Source of the DNA: an uncultured Candidatus Rokubacteria bacterium
Lineage (GTDB): Bacteria > Methylomirabilota > Methylomirabilia > Rokubacteriales > DASRDR01
NCBI GenBank assembly: GCA_963826115.1
Contig: CAWGVS010000012.1
Location: forward strand, 448,001 to 512,000
DNA: 64,000 nt
Reading direction: 5' to 3'
The notes below the pieces were generated by a model. The model ran no database searches. It was not told the DNA's origin and was given only the letters and a program-made list of their open reading frames with translations. This document shows, piece by piece, positions 18,429 to 29,900 of the stretch. The position numbers and the translations under genes are program-made. Each line of letters starts with the position of its first letter. The stretch's first letter is position 1.

Positions 18429-19655
18429 GTGAGCGCGGGCCCGATCCTCTTCTACTGCCAGCACCTCCTGGGGCTCGGCCACCTCGAGCGGGCGGCGCGC
18501 CTCGTGCGGGCGCTGCGGCGCGCCGGCGAGCCGGTCGTCTTCGTCCAGGGCGGCCGGCCCGTTCCGGACCTCGACCTCGGGGGCGCCGAGGTCGTCGCGC
18601 TGCCGCCGCTCGTGTCGGCCGATGACGCGGCGAGCGCGATCGCCCGCGAGGACGGCCGGCGCCCGACGCCGGACGACCTCGCCACGCGGCGCGCGCAGCT
18701 CCTCGCGTGCCTTCACGCCACCGACCCGAGCGTCGTGCTCCTCGAGCTCTTTCCCTTCGGCCGCCACGCCTTCACGTTCGAGCTGGGGCCGCTGCTCCTC
18801 GCGGTGGCCGACGACCGCGCGCGCCGCGGCGCCGCGGCGCCGCGCGTCGCGGTGAGCCTCCGGGACGTCCTCGTGAGCAAGCCGAACCAGGCATGGTTCG
18901 AGCTTGCGTCCGTCGCGGTCGCGCGCCAGTGGACCGATCGCGTGCTCGTCCACGGGAGTCCCGACGTCGTCCCGCTCGAGCACACGCACGCCCTCGCCGG
19001 CTGGCTGGGCGACCGCCTGGTCTACACGGGCTATCTCGCCCCCGACGCGCCCGTGCCCCCGGGCCCGCCGCACGGCGAGGTCGTGATCTCGGGCGGCGGC
19101 GGCCAGGTCGCGGGAGCGCTCTTCCGCGCGGCGCTCGCGGCGTGGCCTCTGACGACCGCGGCGCGCGCGCGACCCTGGCGCCTGGTCACCGGACCCTACT
19201 GCCCCGCGGCGGCCCGCGCGGACCTCGAGGAGGCGGCGCGGGCGCTCCCGGCCCGGGGCGGCCGCCCCGCCGTGATCGTCGAGGCCCACCGCGCGGGACT
19301 CGGCGGCTACCTGGCGGGCGCGGCCCTCTCGGTGAGCCAGGCGGGGTACAACACGATCCTCGAGCTCGTGGCCCACCGGGTCCGCGCCGTCGTGGTGCCG
19401 TACGAGGCGAGCGGCGACGAGCAGCCGCGGCGCGCCGGGCTCCTCGCCGCGCGAGGCCTCATCGAGGTGGTGGCGGAGGCCGAGCTCACGCCGGCGCGGC
19501 TCGCGGCCGCGATGGACGCCGCCCTCGAGCGCTCCGGCTTCCCGGCGCCGGTGCGCCTCGATCTCGACGGCGCGGCGCGGTCGGTCGAGATCCTGGGCGG
19601 ACTGGCGGCCGGCGTCCGCGCCGCGCGCGCTCAGGGCGCGGCGCGCAGCTCGTAG
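18429..19655 (+). CDS. Predicted GT-B glycosyltransferase (COG4671-like), second paralogue
   Basis: FYCQHLLGLGHL, ELFPFGR, SLRDVL, SGGGG, SQAGYNT, EQ..RA. Confidence 0.88.
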   Translation: MSAGPILFYCQHLLGLGHLERAARLVRALRRAGEPVVFVQGGRPVPDLDLGGAEVVALPPLVSADDAASAIAREDGRRPTPDDLATRRAQLLACLHATDPSVVLLELFPFGRHAFTFELGPLLLAVADDRARRGAAAPRVAVSLRDVLVSKPNQAWFELASVAVARQWTDRVLVHGSPDVVPLEHTHALAGWLGDRLVYTGYLAPDAPVPPGPPHGEVVISGGGGQVAGALFRAALAAWPLTTAARARPWRLVTGPYCPAAARADLEEAARALPARGGRPAVIVEAHRAGLGGYLAGAALSVSQAGYNTILELVAHRVRAVVVPYEASGDEQPRRAGLLAARGLIEVVAEAELTPARLAAAMDAALERSGFPAPVRLDLDGAARSVEILGGLAAGVRAARAQGAARSS

Positions 19656-19672
19656 CGCCGGGAGCGGGACGC

Positions 19673-20476
19673 GTGACGGACGCCGACGACCGCGCCGCCT
19701 GGGACCGGCTCCGCGCGGAGCTCGACCGCTGGCCGCCCGGCCGCGCGACCGTCTGGTGGCGGGACGACGACGCCGGCGCCGCCGCGCCGGCCTTCGACCA
19801 GCTGCTCCGCCTGGCCGCGACCCACGCGGCCCCGCTCGTCCTGGCCGTGGTGCCCGCCTGGCTCGACGAGGCCGTTGCCGCGGCCATCGTCGGGGGACCG
19901 GCCGGGCTCCGCGTCCTCCAGCACGGATACGCCCACCGGAACCACGAGCCGCCGGCGCCGGGCGGCGGGCGCGGGAAGCCCGCGGAGCTCGGCGCCGCGC
20001 GGGCGCCGGACGTCGCGCTCGCGGAGCTCGGCGCCGGGTGGGCCCGCCTGGCCGCGCTCGTGCCAGGGCGCCTCCGGCCGGGGCTCGTCCCGCCGTGGAA
20101 TCGCATCGCCCCCGCCGTGCGGGCAGCGCTCCCCGGGGGCGGCTATCGCATCCTGTCGACCTTCGGGCCGCGCGCGACGCCCATGCCGGCCGGCATCCGC
20201 GAACTCAACACCCACGTCGACCCGATCCTGTGGCGCGCCGGAAGGCGCTTCGCCGGGACGGCCTGGACCCTCGACCATCTGACCGCGCACCTCGCCGATC
20301 GGCGCGCGCGGCGCGTCGACCCCGCCGAGCCCACCGGCCTCCTCACCCACCACCGCGACCTGACGCCACCGGCGTGGGCGGCGCTCGACGAGATCCTGAC
20401 CGGCCTGCGCGCGCACTCGGCGGTGGCGCTCCCCCCGCTCGAGGCCCTCGTGGATGCCGGAGGTCCTATCGCATGA
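19673..20476 (+). CDS. Polysaccharide deacetylase (NodB-like) family protein
   Basis: WWRDDDA, QHGYAHRNH, VPPWNRI, NTHVDPI.W, GLLTHH. Confidence 0.88.
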   Translation: MTDADDRAAWDRLRAELDRWPPGRATVWWRDDDAGAAAPAFDQLLRLAATHAAPLVLAVVPAWLDEAVAAAIVGGPAGLRVLQHGYAHRNHEPPAPGGGRGKPAELGAARAPDVALAELGAGWARLAALVPGRLRPGLVPPWNRIAPAVRAALPGGGYRILSTFGPRATPMPAGIRELNTHVDPILWRAGRRFAGTAWTLDHLTAHLADRRARRVDPAEPTGLLTHHRDLTPPAWAALDEILTGLRAHSAVALPPLEALVDAGGPIA

Positions 20477-20894
20477 CGCCGCCGCGCCTGCGCAGCGTGG
20501 CGCTTGGACTCGCGCTGGCCGTCGTCCTGACCGCGGAGTCCTCGGCTCAAGCGCCGCGCCCGGCACCGCGCACGCGCGCGACGTCGGGCGGCCGACGCGC
20601 GCGGGCTGCTACCAGGTCTCGATCAAGTTTCCGGGCACGCCGCGGGAGCGGCGCGCACGCTACCAGGGCATCACCCGCAGCGGATCGGCGCCCATCCATC
20701 CCGACCCGGATCAGGACTTCCTGCGCGTGATGCCCGGCTACATGCCCGAGGGAACCCTCGTCCTCGACTGTCTCGAGCGGCCCGACCAGACCCAGGCGCA
20801 CGGCGCGTACAGCTTCCCCGGCAACGACCCGTCCCCCTGGCCCGAGGTCCCGCAGATCACGATCAAGTGGTCGTTCACCTGCCGGGCACGATAG
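20473..20894 (+). pseudogene. Probable frameshifted/internally deleted exported protein
   Basis: ATGA-coupled start and signal peptide in one frame (MTPPRLRSVALGLALAVVLTAESSAQ); protein-like sequence continues in another frame (GCYQVSIKFPG...ITIKWSFTCRAR*). Confidence 0.5.
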
Positions 20895-21047
20895 CCGGCA
20901 GCCAACCCGACGCCGTGCCAGCGGGCGAGGTGCCCCCGCTGGGTCGCGCTCAGCGCCTCGGGGCCGTGACGCCGCAGGCCGCGAACGCGAGGAGCGGGTA
21001 GCGCCGCAGCGCGGCGAGGGTGTCCCCGGGAACCACGCGCCCGACGG

Positions 21048-22643
21048 CTAGAGGTCGATGCGCTCGGACGCCGGCAGCGTGAGGAACTCGACGAACGGGT
21101 CGCCGAGGGCGACGGCCTCGAAGAGCTCCCGCGCCGCCGCGTACTGCCCGCGCGCGTAGGCGGCGTCGCCGACCGCGCCGCGGATCTTCGCGAGCTCCTC
21201 CTCCACGATCCGCTCCACCAGGGTGCGCGTCACCGCCGGGCCCTCGGCGAGGCGGACGCCGTGGCGGGCCCACTGCCAGATCTGGGAGCGCGAGATCTCC
21301 GCGGTCGCCGCGTCCTCCATGAGGTTGTGGATGGCGACCGCGCCGTTGCCGTCGAGCCAGGCCGCGACGTACTGGATGGCGACGCTCACGTTGTTGCGGA
21401 GGCCGGCCTCGGTCACGGCGCCGCCCGGCACCCGCACGTCGAGCAGCGCGGCGCCGTCGGCCGCCACCTCCGGGCGCTGGCGCTCGAGCTGGTGGGGGCG
21501 CGCTCCCAGGAGCGTGGCAAACGGCTCGCGCGCGACCGGGACGAGATCGGGGTGGGCGACCCACGTTCCGTCGAAGCCGTCCTGGGACTCCCGGACCTTG
21601 TCCTCGCGCACCTTCGCCAGGGCCACCTCGTTGACGTGGGGATCGCGCCGGCTCGGGATGAAGGCCGCCATGCCGCCGAGGGCGTGGGCGCCGCGACGGT
21701 GGCACGTCTTCACGAGGAGCTCGGTGTACGCGCGCATGAACGGCACCGTCATCGTCACCTGCGCGCGGTCCGGCAGGACGAAGTCCGGGCGCGTCCGGAA
21801 CTTCTTGATGAGGCTGAACATGTAGTCCCAGCGCCCGGCGTTGAGCCCGCCCGAGTGGTCCCGCAGCTCCCACAGGATCTCGTCCATCTCGAACGCGGCG
21901 GGGATCGTCTCGACGAGCACGGTGGCGCGGATCGCGCCCTTCGGGAGGCCAAGCCGGGTCTCGGCCAGGACGAAGGCGTCGTTCCAGAGGCGCGCCTCCA
22001 GGTGGCTCTCGAGCTTCGGCAGGTAGAAGTACGGCCCGCTCCCGCGCTCGAGGAGCCGCCGGCCGTTGTGGAACACGAAGAGCCCGAAGTCGAAGAGGCT
22101 CCCCGACACCGGGGCCCCGCCCAGCCGGCAGTGACGCTCGAGGAGATGCCACCCGCGCGGTCGCACGAGGAGAGTCGCGACGCGCTCGTTCAGGCGGTAG
22201 ACGCGACCGTCCGGGTTCCGGTGCTCGATCGTGCGCGCGACCGCGTCGACCAAATTCACCTGTCCCTGGACCATGTTCCGCCAGGTCGGCGTGTTCGCGT
22301 CCTCGAAGTCCGCCATGAAGACGTCCGCGCCGGAGTTGAGCGCGTTGATGACCATCTTCCGCTCGGCGGGGCCGGTCAGCTCGACCCACCGGCGCTGGAG
22401 GTCGGCCGGCGCGGGGGCGACCGTCCACGCGCTCTCGCGGATCCCGCGCGTCGCGGGAAGGAAGTCCAGCCGCTGGCCCGCGTCGAACGCCGTCTGGCGC
22501 TCCGCCCGGCGCCGGAGAAGCGCGGCCCGCGTCCCTCCGAGCTCACCCTCGAGCTCGGCCACGAAGGCGAGCGCCGCGGGCATCAGGATCTCGGCGAACC
22601 GGTCCTCGAGCGGGCCCTGGAGTTCGATACCGCCGGCCATCAC
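21048..22643 (-). CDS. aceB: Malate synthase A
   Basis: [65 protein letters not shown]. Confidence 0.97.
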   Translation of the reverse strand: MMAGGIELQGPLEDRFAEILMPAALAFVAELEGELGGTRAALLRRRAERQTAFDAGQRLDFLPATRGIRESAWTVAPAPADLQRRWVELTGPAERKMVINALNSGADVFMADFEDANTPTWRNMVQGQVNLVDAVARTIEHRNPDGRVYRLNERVATLLVRPRGWHLLERHCRLGGAPVSGSLFDFGLFVFHNGRRLLERGSGPYFYLPKLESHLEARLWNDAFVLAETRLGLPKGAIRATVLVETIPAAFEMDEILWELRDHSGGLNAGRWDYMFSLIKKFRTRPDFVLPDRAQVTMTVPFMRAYTELLVKTCHRRGAHALGGMAAFIPSRRDPHVNEVALAKVREDKVRESQDGFDGTWVAHPDLVPVAREPFATLLGARPHQLERQRPEVAADGAALLDVRVPGGAVTEAGLRNNVSVAIQYVAAWLDGNGAVAIHNLMEDAATAEISRSQIWQWARHGVRLAEGPAVTRTLVERIVEEELAKIRGAVGDAAYARGQYAAARELFEAVALGDPFVEFLTLPASERIDL

Positions 22644-22764
22644 GGATCCTCCTCGGGAGTCGGGGATCGCGCCGGCCGGCCCACCCCGGGACCGGGGATC
22701 GCCTGCCGCCGGCGGCGCGTCATCGTACTACGCCCGCGCGCCCGGCGCGAGCACGGCGCGCCAG

Positions 22765-23511
22765 CTAGACCGTGAACTCCGCCACCACGGGGTTGTGGTC
22801 GCTCAGCCCCGCCCAGCGCGAGCCGGTGACCACCCGGCAGGACGCGAGGCGCGCGGCCCAGTCCCTGGGCACGAAGATGCCGTCGCAGTGGTACGGCGCG
22901 AGGCGGTCGGCGGTCCACCGGAGGGTCTGCGCGAGCGGGCGCCCGGGATTGGCGGCCTGCCAGCAGCTCACGAGGTCGAACTCCGCGGCCAGCCGGTCCA
23001 GGATCTCCCGCTCGCCGCGGCTCATCCGGATCCGCTCTCCCGGCTGGCGCTGGCCGACGACGACGTTGAAATCCCCACCCAGAACGAGATCCGCGTCGCC
23101 GCGCAGCGTCGCGATCCGGTCCAGGATCTGGTGGAGGGTCTGCACGTAGCCGCGCTCGCCGACCGGGCAGTGGATGCTGAACAGCCGGAGTGGGCGGCCG
23201 GCCGACCAGACATGGCCCTGGACCTCCGCGCCCACCACCCACCCGCCGAATCCGCGGACCAGGAGCCGGCGAGCGGGCGCGCCCCGGACCAGGACCGCGC
23301 TGCCCCAGCGACGCGAGGCCGCCGCCGCCCACAGGAGGGTGTCGGCCTCGCCGGCGCGGAACCGCTCGCCAGGCGAGTGCGCCGGCGCCCGGCACTCCTG
23401 CGCGAGGACGACGTCGGGGGCGAGACGCGCCTGGACGCGCGACCAGTGGCCGCACCGGGCGGCGCTGCCACCGCTCAGGAAGTTGTAGGCCACGACGCGG
23501 AAGGACGCCAC
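22765..23511 (-). CDS. Endonuclease/exonuclease/phosphatase (EEP) family protein
   Basis: RVVAYN, DVVLAQE, GGDFN, HCDGIF, LSDHNPV. Confidence 0.9.
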   Translation of the reverse strand: MASFRVVAYNFLSGGSAARCGHWSRVQARLAPDVVLAQECRAPAHSPGERFRAGEADTLLWAAAASRRWGSAVLVRGAPARRLLVRGFGGWVVGAEVQGHVWSAGRPLRLFSIHCPVGERGYVQTLHQILDRIATLRGDADLVLGGDFNVVVGQRQPGERIRMSRGEREILDRLAAEFDLVSCWQAANPGRPLAQTLRWTADRLAPYHCDGIFVPRDWAARLASCRVVTGSRWAGLSDHNPVVAEFTV

Positions 23512-23536
23512 GTGGGCGACCGGCGCGCCGGGGCGC

Positions 23537-24273
23537 CTAGACGAGCCGCGCCCGGATCCGGGCGCTCGCGAAGTCGACGACCATGACCATCAGGACGGTG
23601 ACGAGCAGCACGGTGGAGGCCGCGGGATAGTCGATCATCCGCAGGTAGGTCTGGAGATAGAGCCCAATCCCCCCGGCGCCGACGAAGCCCAGCACCGTCG
23701 CGGCCCGCACGTTGGACTCGAAGCGGTAGAGGACGTAGGAGAGAAACAGCGGGAGCACCTGGGGAAGGATGCCGAACCGCAGCACCTGCAGCCGCGTGGC
23801 CCCGGTCGCGCGAATCGCGTCCACGGGGCCGGGCTCAATGCCCTCGATCGTTTCCGAGTAGAGCTTCGCCAGGGACGTGGTGGTGTACGCGACCACCGCC
23901 AGCATGCCGGGGAAGGGGCCGAGGCCGACCGCCGCGACGAACAGCAGCGCGTAGACGAGGGTATCGATGCTGCGGAAAAAGTTCAGCGCCGTGCGCACGA
24001 CGTAGTACAGGGCCGGCGGCGCGACGTTACGCGCGGAGAGGAATCCGAGTGGCACCGCCAGCGCCGCCGCCACCCCGGTTCCCAGGAGCGCGATCTCGAT
24101 CGTGCCGACCGCCCCCCACAGGGCCGCGGGCAGGACGCGGAGGTCCGGCGGCACCATGCGCCGCACGAAGTCCCACATCCACGGGAGGCCCCGCACGAGC
24201 CGCGCGGGATTGGCGTCCGTGTGCCAGGCGATCGCCACGAGCAGGACGGCCGCGCCGAGCCACGCCACGCGCT

Positions 24274-24277
<4 letters not shown>
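23537..24277 (-). CDS. phnE: PhnE-like ABC permease
   Basis: GLGPFPG, KLYSETIE, FESNVRAATVLGFVGAGGIG; GTG at 24277 overlaps phnC stop. Symbol reflects family, not substrate. Confidence 0.9.
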
Positions 24278-25017
<740 letters not shown>

Positions 25018-25057
25018 GCGTCCCGCCGGCGTCGGCGCCGGGCCGGGCCGAGCGGGA

Positions 25058-25945
25058 TCAGCGCTTCGGACGCCAGCCGAGCAGGTCCATGGCCGCTCGG
25101 ACCGGCTCGTACTCGTGATCCTCCGCCGGCTCGAACCCGTCGATGTCGTAGAGCGCCTTGAGGAGCGGCGCGTAGGTCGGGCCCTTCATCGACAGGAGCG
25201 CCGCGCGCACCTTCGCGACCATCGCCGGGTCGAGCCCGTCGCGCGCGCAGATGCCGCCTTCCGGAATCGGCGCGCTCTCGGCGATCCAGTCGAGCTTGTC
25301 CCGCTGCGCCGGATCCTTCAGGTACTGCTCGCGCGCCTGGTCGAACGACGCGAAGGCGTCCACGTGGCCGTTGAGCAGGGCCAGGAGGCCCGCGTCGTGC
25401 GAGCCGGAGAACAGGAACTCCCTGAAGAACGTCTTGGGGTCCTTGTTCCGGACGAGCCCCTTCTCGATGAGCATCACCATCGGGTAGACGTAGCCCGACG
25501 TGCTGGTGGGGTCCACGAACGCGATCGTCTTGCCCCGGAGGTCCTCGAGGGTCTTGAGACCGGACTCCTTCCGGACGTAGATCCGCGAGGTGTACGACGT
25601 GTTCCCGTGCCACTGGTCCTTCGCCACGATCATGGCCTTCGCCTCGCGGTTGGCGAGGACGTAGCCCGCCGGGTGGACGAAGGCGAGGTCCGCCGTCCGA
25701 TTCCGGAGCGCCTCGACGACCGCGGCGTAGTCGGAGGCCACCGTCACCCGGATGGGCACGCCGACGAGCTTGCCGAGCGCCGCGCCGAACGCCTCCCCGG
25801 CCACCATGAGGTCGGTGGGCTTCTGAGACGGCGTGAGGGCGAGGTGGAGCGAGCCCTGGGCGACCGCGGGCGCCGCCCCGGCGAGGAGGACGGCCAGGAC
25901 CCCGGCCGTGAGGATGCTGAATCCAACGAGACGACGTCGCGACAT
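25058..25945 (-). CDS. phnD: PhnD-like (phosphate/phosphite/phosphonate family) substrate-binding protein
   Basis: Signal peptide, DYAAVVEAL, DLRGKTIAFVDPTSTSGY..P, GSHDA. Confidence 0.92.
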   Translation of the reverse strand: MSRRRLVGFSILTAGVLAVLLAGAAPAVAQGSLHLALTPSQKPTDLMVAGEAFGAALGKLVGVPIRVTVASDYAAVVEALRNRTADLAFVHPAGYVLANREAKAMIVAKDQWHGNTSYTSRIYVRKESGLKTLEDLRGKTIAFVDPTSTSGYVYPMVMLIEKGLVRNKDPKTFFREFLFSGSHDAGLLALLNGHVDAFASFDQAREQYLKDPAQRDKLDWIAESAPIPEGGICARDGLDPAMVAKVRAALLSMKGPTYAPLLKALYDIDGFEPAEDHEYEPVRAAMDLLGWRPKR

Positions 25946-25947
25946 AC

Positions 25948-26040
25948 GATCCTCCCTGCGCTGGCATTACCCAGGTCAGGTTCCGGCGGTCGGCAGCCCC
26001 TTGCTGCCCTCTCAGCTCGCCTTCGAGCTCCCGCGATGCT
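25948..26040 (-). ncRNA. TPP (thiamine pyrophosphate) riboswitch
   Basis: Minus strand AGCATCGCGGGAGCTCGAAGGCGAGCTGAGAGGGCAGCAAGGGGCTGCCGACCGCCGGAACCTGACCTGGGTAATGCCAGCGCAGGGAGGAT: conserved CUGAGA and ACCUGAxCUGGxUAAUGCCAGCGxAGGGA; stems GCGG/CCGC, GCUCG/CGAGC, GGCAGC/GCUGCC, CCUG/CAGG, CUGG/CCAG all pair. Confidence 0.95.
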
Positions 26041-26048
26041 CTGGCCGG

Positions 26049-26077
26049 AGTCTAGCGGGGGGTCGGCGGACCGTCAA
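26049..26077 (-). promoter_or_regulatory. Sigma70-type promoter for the riboswitch/phnDCE-like operon
   Basis: TTGACG-N17-TAGACT ending 8 nt before the aptamer. Confidence 0.78.
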
Positions 26078-26093
26078 CCAGCCCAGCCCGTCC

Positions 26094-26125
26094 TGACAAT
26101 CCGCGGCGCCCGGCGTGACAATCCG
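26094..26125. promoter_or_regulatory. Direct repeat TGACAATCCG x2, 22-bp period (candidate activator sites)
   Basis: Copies at 26094-26103 and 26116-26125 in a divergent intergenic region. Confidence 0.55.
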
Positions 26126-26214
26126 GACCCCGCCAGACGCCGCCCGGGCCCGGCGGCCGGCGACGGCGCCAGGACATCGTCAGCGTTTTCAATCAATTGC
26201 GACTCGGCTGGGCG

Positions 26215-26231
26215 TCGGCGCGAGGGTTGCA
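26215..26231 (+). promoter_or_regulatory. Candidate sigma54 (-24/-12) promoter for the Pal-like gene
   Basis: tcGGcgcgagggttGCa: GG-N10-GC with TTGCA -12 element. Confidence 0.42.
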
Positions 26232-26280
26232 CCATGGCTGGCGCCGGCGCCGGCATTCCCCGGCGCCCTGCAGAGGAGGG

Positions 26281-26904
26281 ATGGTCATGACACGACGTGT
26301 CGACGCGAAGCGGCTGATCCTCGCCGGCGGCCTGGTCCTGGCGCTGGCGGGCTGTGCGACTCACGGGACGCCGGGCGCCGGGGCAGACGCCGGGGCCGAG
26401 GCCCAGACGGCGGACGCGACCCACGGAGCGGGAGACGGGGCGCACACCGGGGCGATGGGTGCGGGCCGCGGCAGCGCCGGCATGCGGGCGCCGGGCGCCA
26501 CGATGTTCCCGACGCTCCCCTCGCCGCAGGACTTCAAGGAAGCGGGCGGACTGCGGGACGTCCACTTCGAGTTCGACCGCGCGACCGTTCGGGCGGAGGA
26601 TCTCCGGGTCCTCGACGCGAACGCGCGCTGGCTCGCCGAGCATCCGGGCGTGCTGGTCCTGATCGAGGGCCACGCCGACGAGCGGGGGACGAGCGAGTAC
26701 AACCTGGCGCTCGGCGAGAACCGGGCGCGCATGACGCGCGAGCGGCTCGTGTCGCAGGGTGTCGCCGCGGCCCGCATCACCCTCGTGAGCTACGGCGAGG
26801 AGCTCCCCTCGTGCCGTCAGAGCAGCGAGGCGTGCTGGGCGAAGAACCGGCGAGCCCACTTCCTCGTGAAGACGCCCGTGACCGTCAGCGCTCTCCATCA
26901 GTAG
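26281..26904 (+). CDS. pal: Peptidoglycan-associated lipoprotein (Pal/OmpA-like)
   Basis: Lipobox LAGC, VHFEFD, IEGHADERGTSEYNLALGENRA, SYGEE.P, KNRRAHF; no tol genes adjacent. Confidence 0.9.
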   Translation: MVMTRRVDAKRLILAGGLVLALAGCATHGTPGAGADAGAEAQTADATHGAGDGAHTGAMGAGRGSAGMRAPGATMFPTLPSPQDFKEAGGLRDVHFEFDRATVRAEDLRVLDANARWLAEHPGVLVLIEGHADERGTSEYNLALGENRARMTRERLVSQGVAAARITLVSYGEELPSCRQSSEACWAKNRRAHFLVKTPVTVSALHQ

Positions 26905-26994
26905 TCGGTAGTCGTCCGAGCGTCCGTCGACGCCCGCGGTGGCCGAAGCCCCGCGGGCGTCGTGACGTCCGCCGCCCCGCCGCGTCGACCCGCG

Positions 26995-29900
26995 TCAGTG
27001 AAAGTCGTGGGAGGGCACGGGTGCCCGCGCGGCGAGGGGCCGGACCGCCGTCGCCCGCACCGCCGTGACGCCGTCCTCGTGCTGGAGGACGCCCTCCACC
27101 AGGAGGAACGGCTCGTGGACGAGCGTGGCGCGCGCCCGCTCGAAGAGCCCGGGCGCCACGATGGCGTTGGCGATTCCCGTCTCGTCCTCGAGCGAGAGGA
27201 ACACGAACCCCTTCGCCGTGCCCGGCCGCTGGCGCACGACGACCGCGCCGGCGACCCGGACGCGCCGGCCGCTCCCGAGCGCGGCGAGGCCGGCGGCCGG
27301 CGTGACGCCGAGCCGCGTCCACTCGGCGCGGCGGAGCGCCATCGGGTGGGGCCCGACCGTGACGCCGGTCCCGCGGTAGTCGGCCACCAACCGCTCGGGC
27401 ACCGACATCTCGCGGAGCGGCGAGGGCTCGGGCGCCGGAGGCTGGCCCGCGTAGAGCGGCCCCGGCGGCCGCGCCGCCCGCTCGGCCTGCCAGAGCGCGG
27501 CCCGGCGCCGGAGCCCGAAGCGCCCCAGCGCGCCCACCTCCGCGAGCGCCGTCACCTCGTCTCGCGAGAGCCCGGCCCGGAGACAGAGGTCGTCCACGGA
27601 GGCGAAGGGCCGCACCGACCGCGCGGCCACCAGCCGGGCGGCGGCCGCTTCGCGGAGCCCCCTCACCTGTCCAAGCCCGAGCCGCACCGCGCCGTCCTCC
27701 ACCGTCGTGCGGACGGCCGAGACGCCGACGTCCACCGGCCGCACGGCCTGGCCGCGGCGGAGCGCGTCCCGGACCACTGTCGCCGGATGGTAGAAGCCCA
27801 TCGGCTGGTTGTTGAGGAGCGCCGCGTAGAACTCGGCCGGGTGGTGGACCTTGAGGTAGGCGCTCGCGTACGCGAGGAGCGCGAAGCTCGCGGCGTGACT
27901 TTCCGGAAAGCCGTATTCGGCGAACGCGGTGATCGCCCGCACGATCTCCTCGGCGGCCGGGCCGGTGATCCCGTTCCGGGCGATCCCGGCGCGGAGCCGC
28001 GTCTCGATCGCCTGCATCCGCGCGCGCGAGCGCCGGAAGCCGAAGGCCCGGCGGAGCTCCTCGGCCTCGCCGCCCGTGAGCCCCGCGGCGACCATCCCCA
28101 TCCGGAGGAGCTGCTCCTGGAAGAGCGGCACGCCGAGCGTCCGGCGGAGGATGGGCTCGAGCGAGGGGTGCGGGTAGACGACCGGCTGCCGCCCGGCCCG
28201 CCGCGCGAGGTAGGGGTGGACCATCTGGCCGATGATCGGGCCGGGCCGGATGATCGCGACCTGGACGACCAGGTCATAGAAGCGCCGGGGCCGGAGGCGC
28301 GGCAAGGTCGCCATCTGGGCCCGGCTCTCCACCTGGAAGAGCCCGACCGTGTCGGCGGCCTGGAGGAGCTGGTACACCGCCGGGTCGTCAGGCGGGAGAT
28401 GCGCGAGGTCGACCTCGCGCCCCGCGGCCCGGCAGAGCGCGATCGCCTCCTCGAGCGCGGCCATCATGCCGAGGCCGAGGAGGTCGACCTTGATGATCCC
28501 GAGGTCGGCGCAGTCGTCCTTGTCCCACTGGACGACCACCCGGCCCGGCATCGTCGCGGGCTCGAGCGGCACCACCTCGTCGAGCCGGCCCGCGCAGAGC
28601 ACCATGCCGCCCGAGTGCTGGCCGAGATGGCGCGGGAGCCCGACGACGGCCTGCCAGAGCCGGGCGAAGCGCTGGATCCGCGCGTCCGCGAGGTCGGCGC
28701 CCGCGCGCGCGAGGTGTCGCGCGGGCGCCTGCTCGTCCGGGTCCTGATACCCCCAGCCGGGCACGCCCTTGGCGACGCGGTCGAGAAAGTCTGGCGGGAA
28801 GCCGAGGGCCTTGCCGACCTCGCGCACCGCGCGCCGCGGCTGGTAGGTGATGACGTTCGCGGTCATCGCGGCGCTCGTCCCGCCGTAGCGCTGGTAGACG
28901 TACTGGATGATCGCCTCGCGCCGGTCCCCCGACGGGAGGTCGAGGTCGATGTCGGGCCACTCCCCGCGCTCCTCCGACAGGAAGCGCTCGAAGAGGAGGT
29001 CCATCCCGACCGGATCGACGGCCGTGATCCCGAGGCTGTAGCAGACCGCGCTGTTCGCCGCCGAGCCGCGGCCCTGGATGAGGATTCCCCGCGCGCGCGC
29101 CTCCCGCACGATGTCCCAGACGATCAGGAAGTAGCCGGCGAGGTCGAGCGTCTCGATCACCCGGAGCTCGCGCGCGAGCTGCCGGCGCACGCGCGCCGTC
29201 ACGGGGCGGTACCGCCCGCGCGCGCCGGCCTCGACGAGCTCCCGGAGATGGGCGATCTGGGACTCGCCGTCGGGCACCGGATAGTCGGGGAAGCGATAGC
29301 CGAGGTCCTGGAGCGTGAAGCCGCAGCGCGCGGCGAGCTCGCCCGCGGCGGCGACGGCGTCCGGAAGATCGGCGAAGCGCCGGGCCATCTCGGCCGGTGA
29401 CCGGAGGTGCTGCTCGGCGTTCGCCCCGAGGCGCCGGCCGAGGCCGTCGAGCGAGGTCCGGAGCCGGACCGCCGTCAGGACGTCGAGGATCGGCCGCTCC
29501 CCGGCGGTCGCGTGCCGCACGCCGCCGGTGGCGACGATGGACAGCCCCGTCGCACGCGCAAGGTCGACGGCGCGGCGGAGCACGAGCTCGCTCTCGCGCG
29601 TCCCGTGCCGCTGGAGCTCCACGCAGACCCGGTCCCGGCCGAAGCTCCGGACGAGCCGCTCGAGCGTCACCCGCGCCGCCGCCGGGCGGCCCGCCAGGAG
29701 ATCCGGGGTCAGCGGCCCGTCCATCCCACCCGTGAGGCAGACGAGCCCCCCGACCGCGCCGTCGAGATCGTCCCACGTCACGCGCGCCTCGCCCTTCGGC
29801 GCCCGCGCCTTCACCCGCGTGATCAGGCGGCCGAGTGCCCGGTATCCCGCGCGCGACTCGACGAGGAGCCCGAGGCGCGGGCCGCCGACGAGCGTCACCG

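Noticed and set aside
21048-22643. Malate synthase without isocitrate lyase as an anomaly
   Set aside because: aceA may lie elsewhere; stand-alone aceB is common for glyoxylate assimilation
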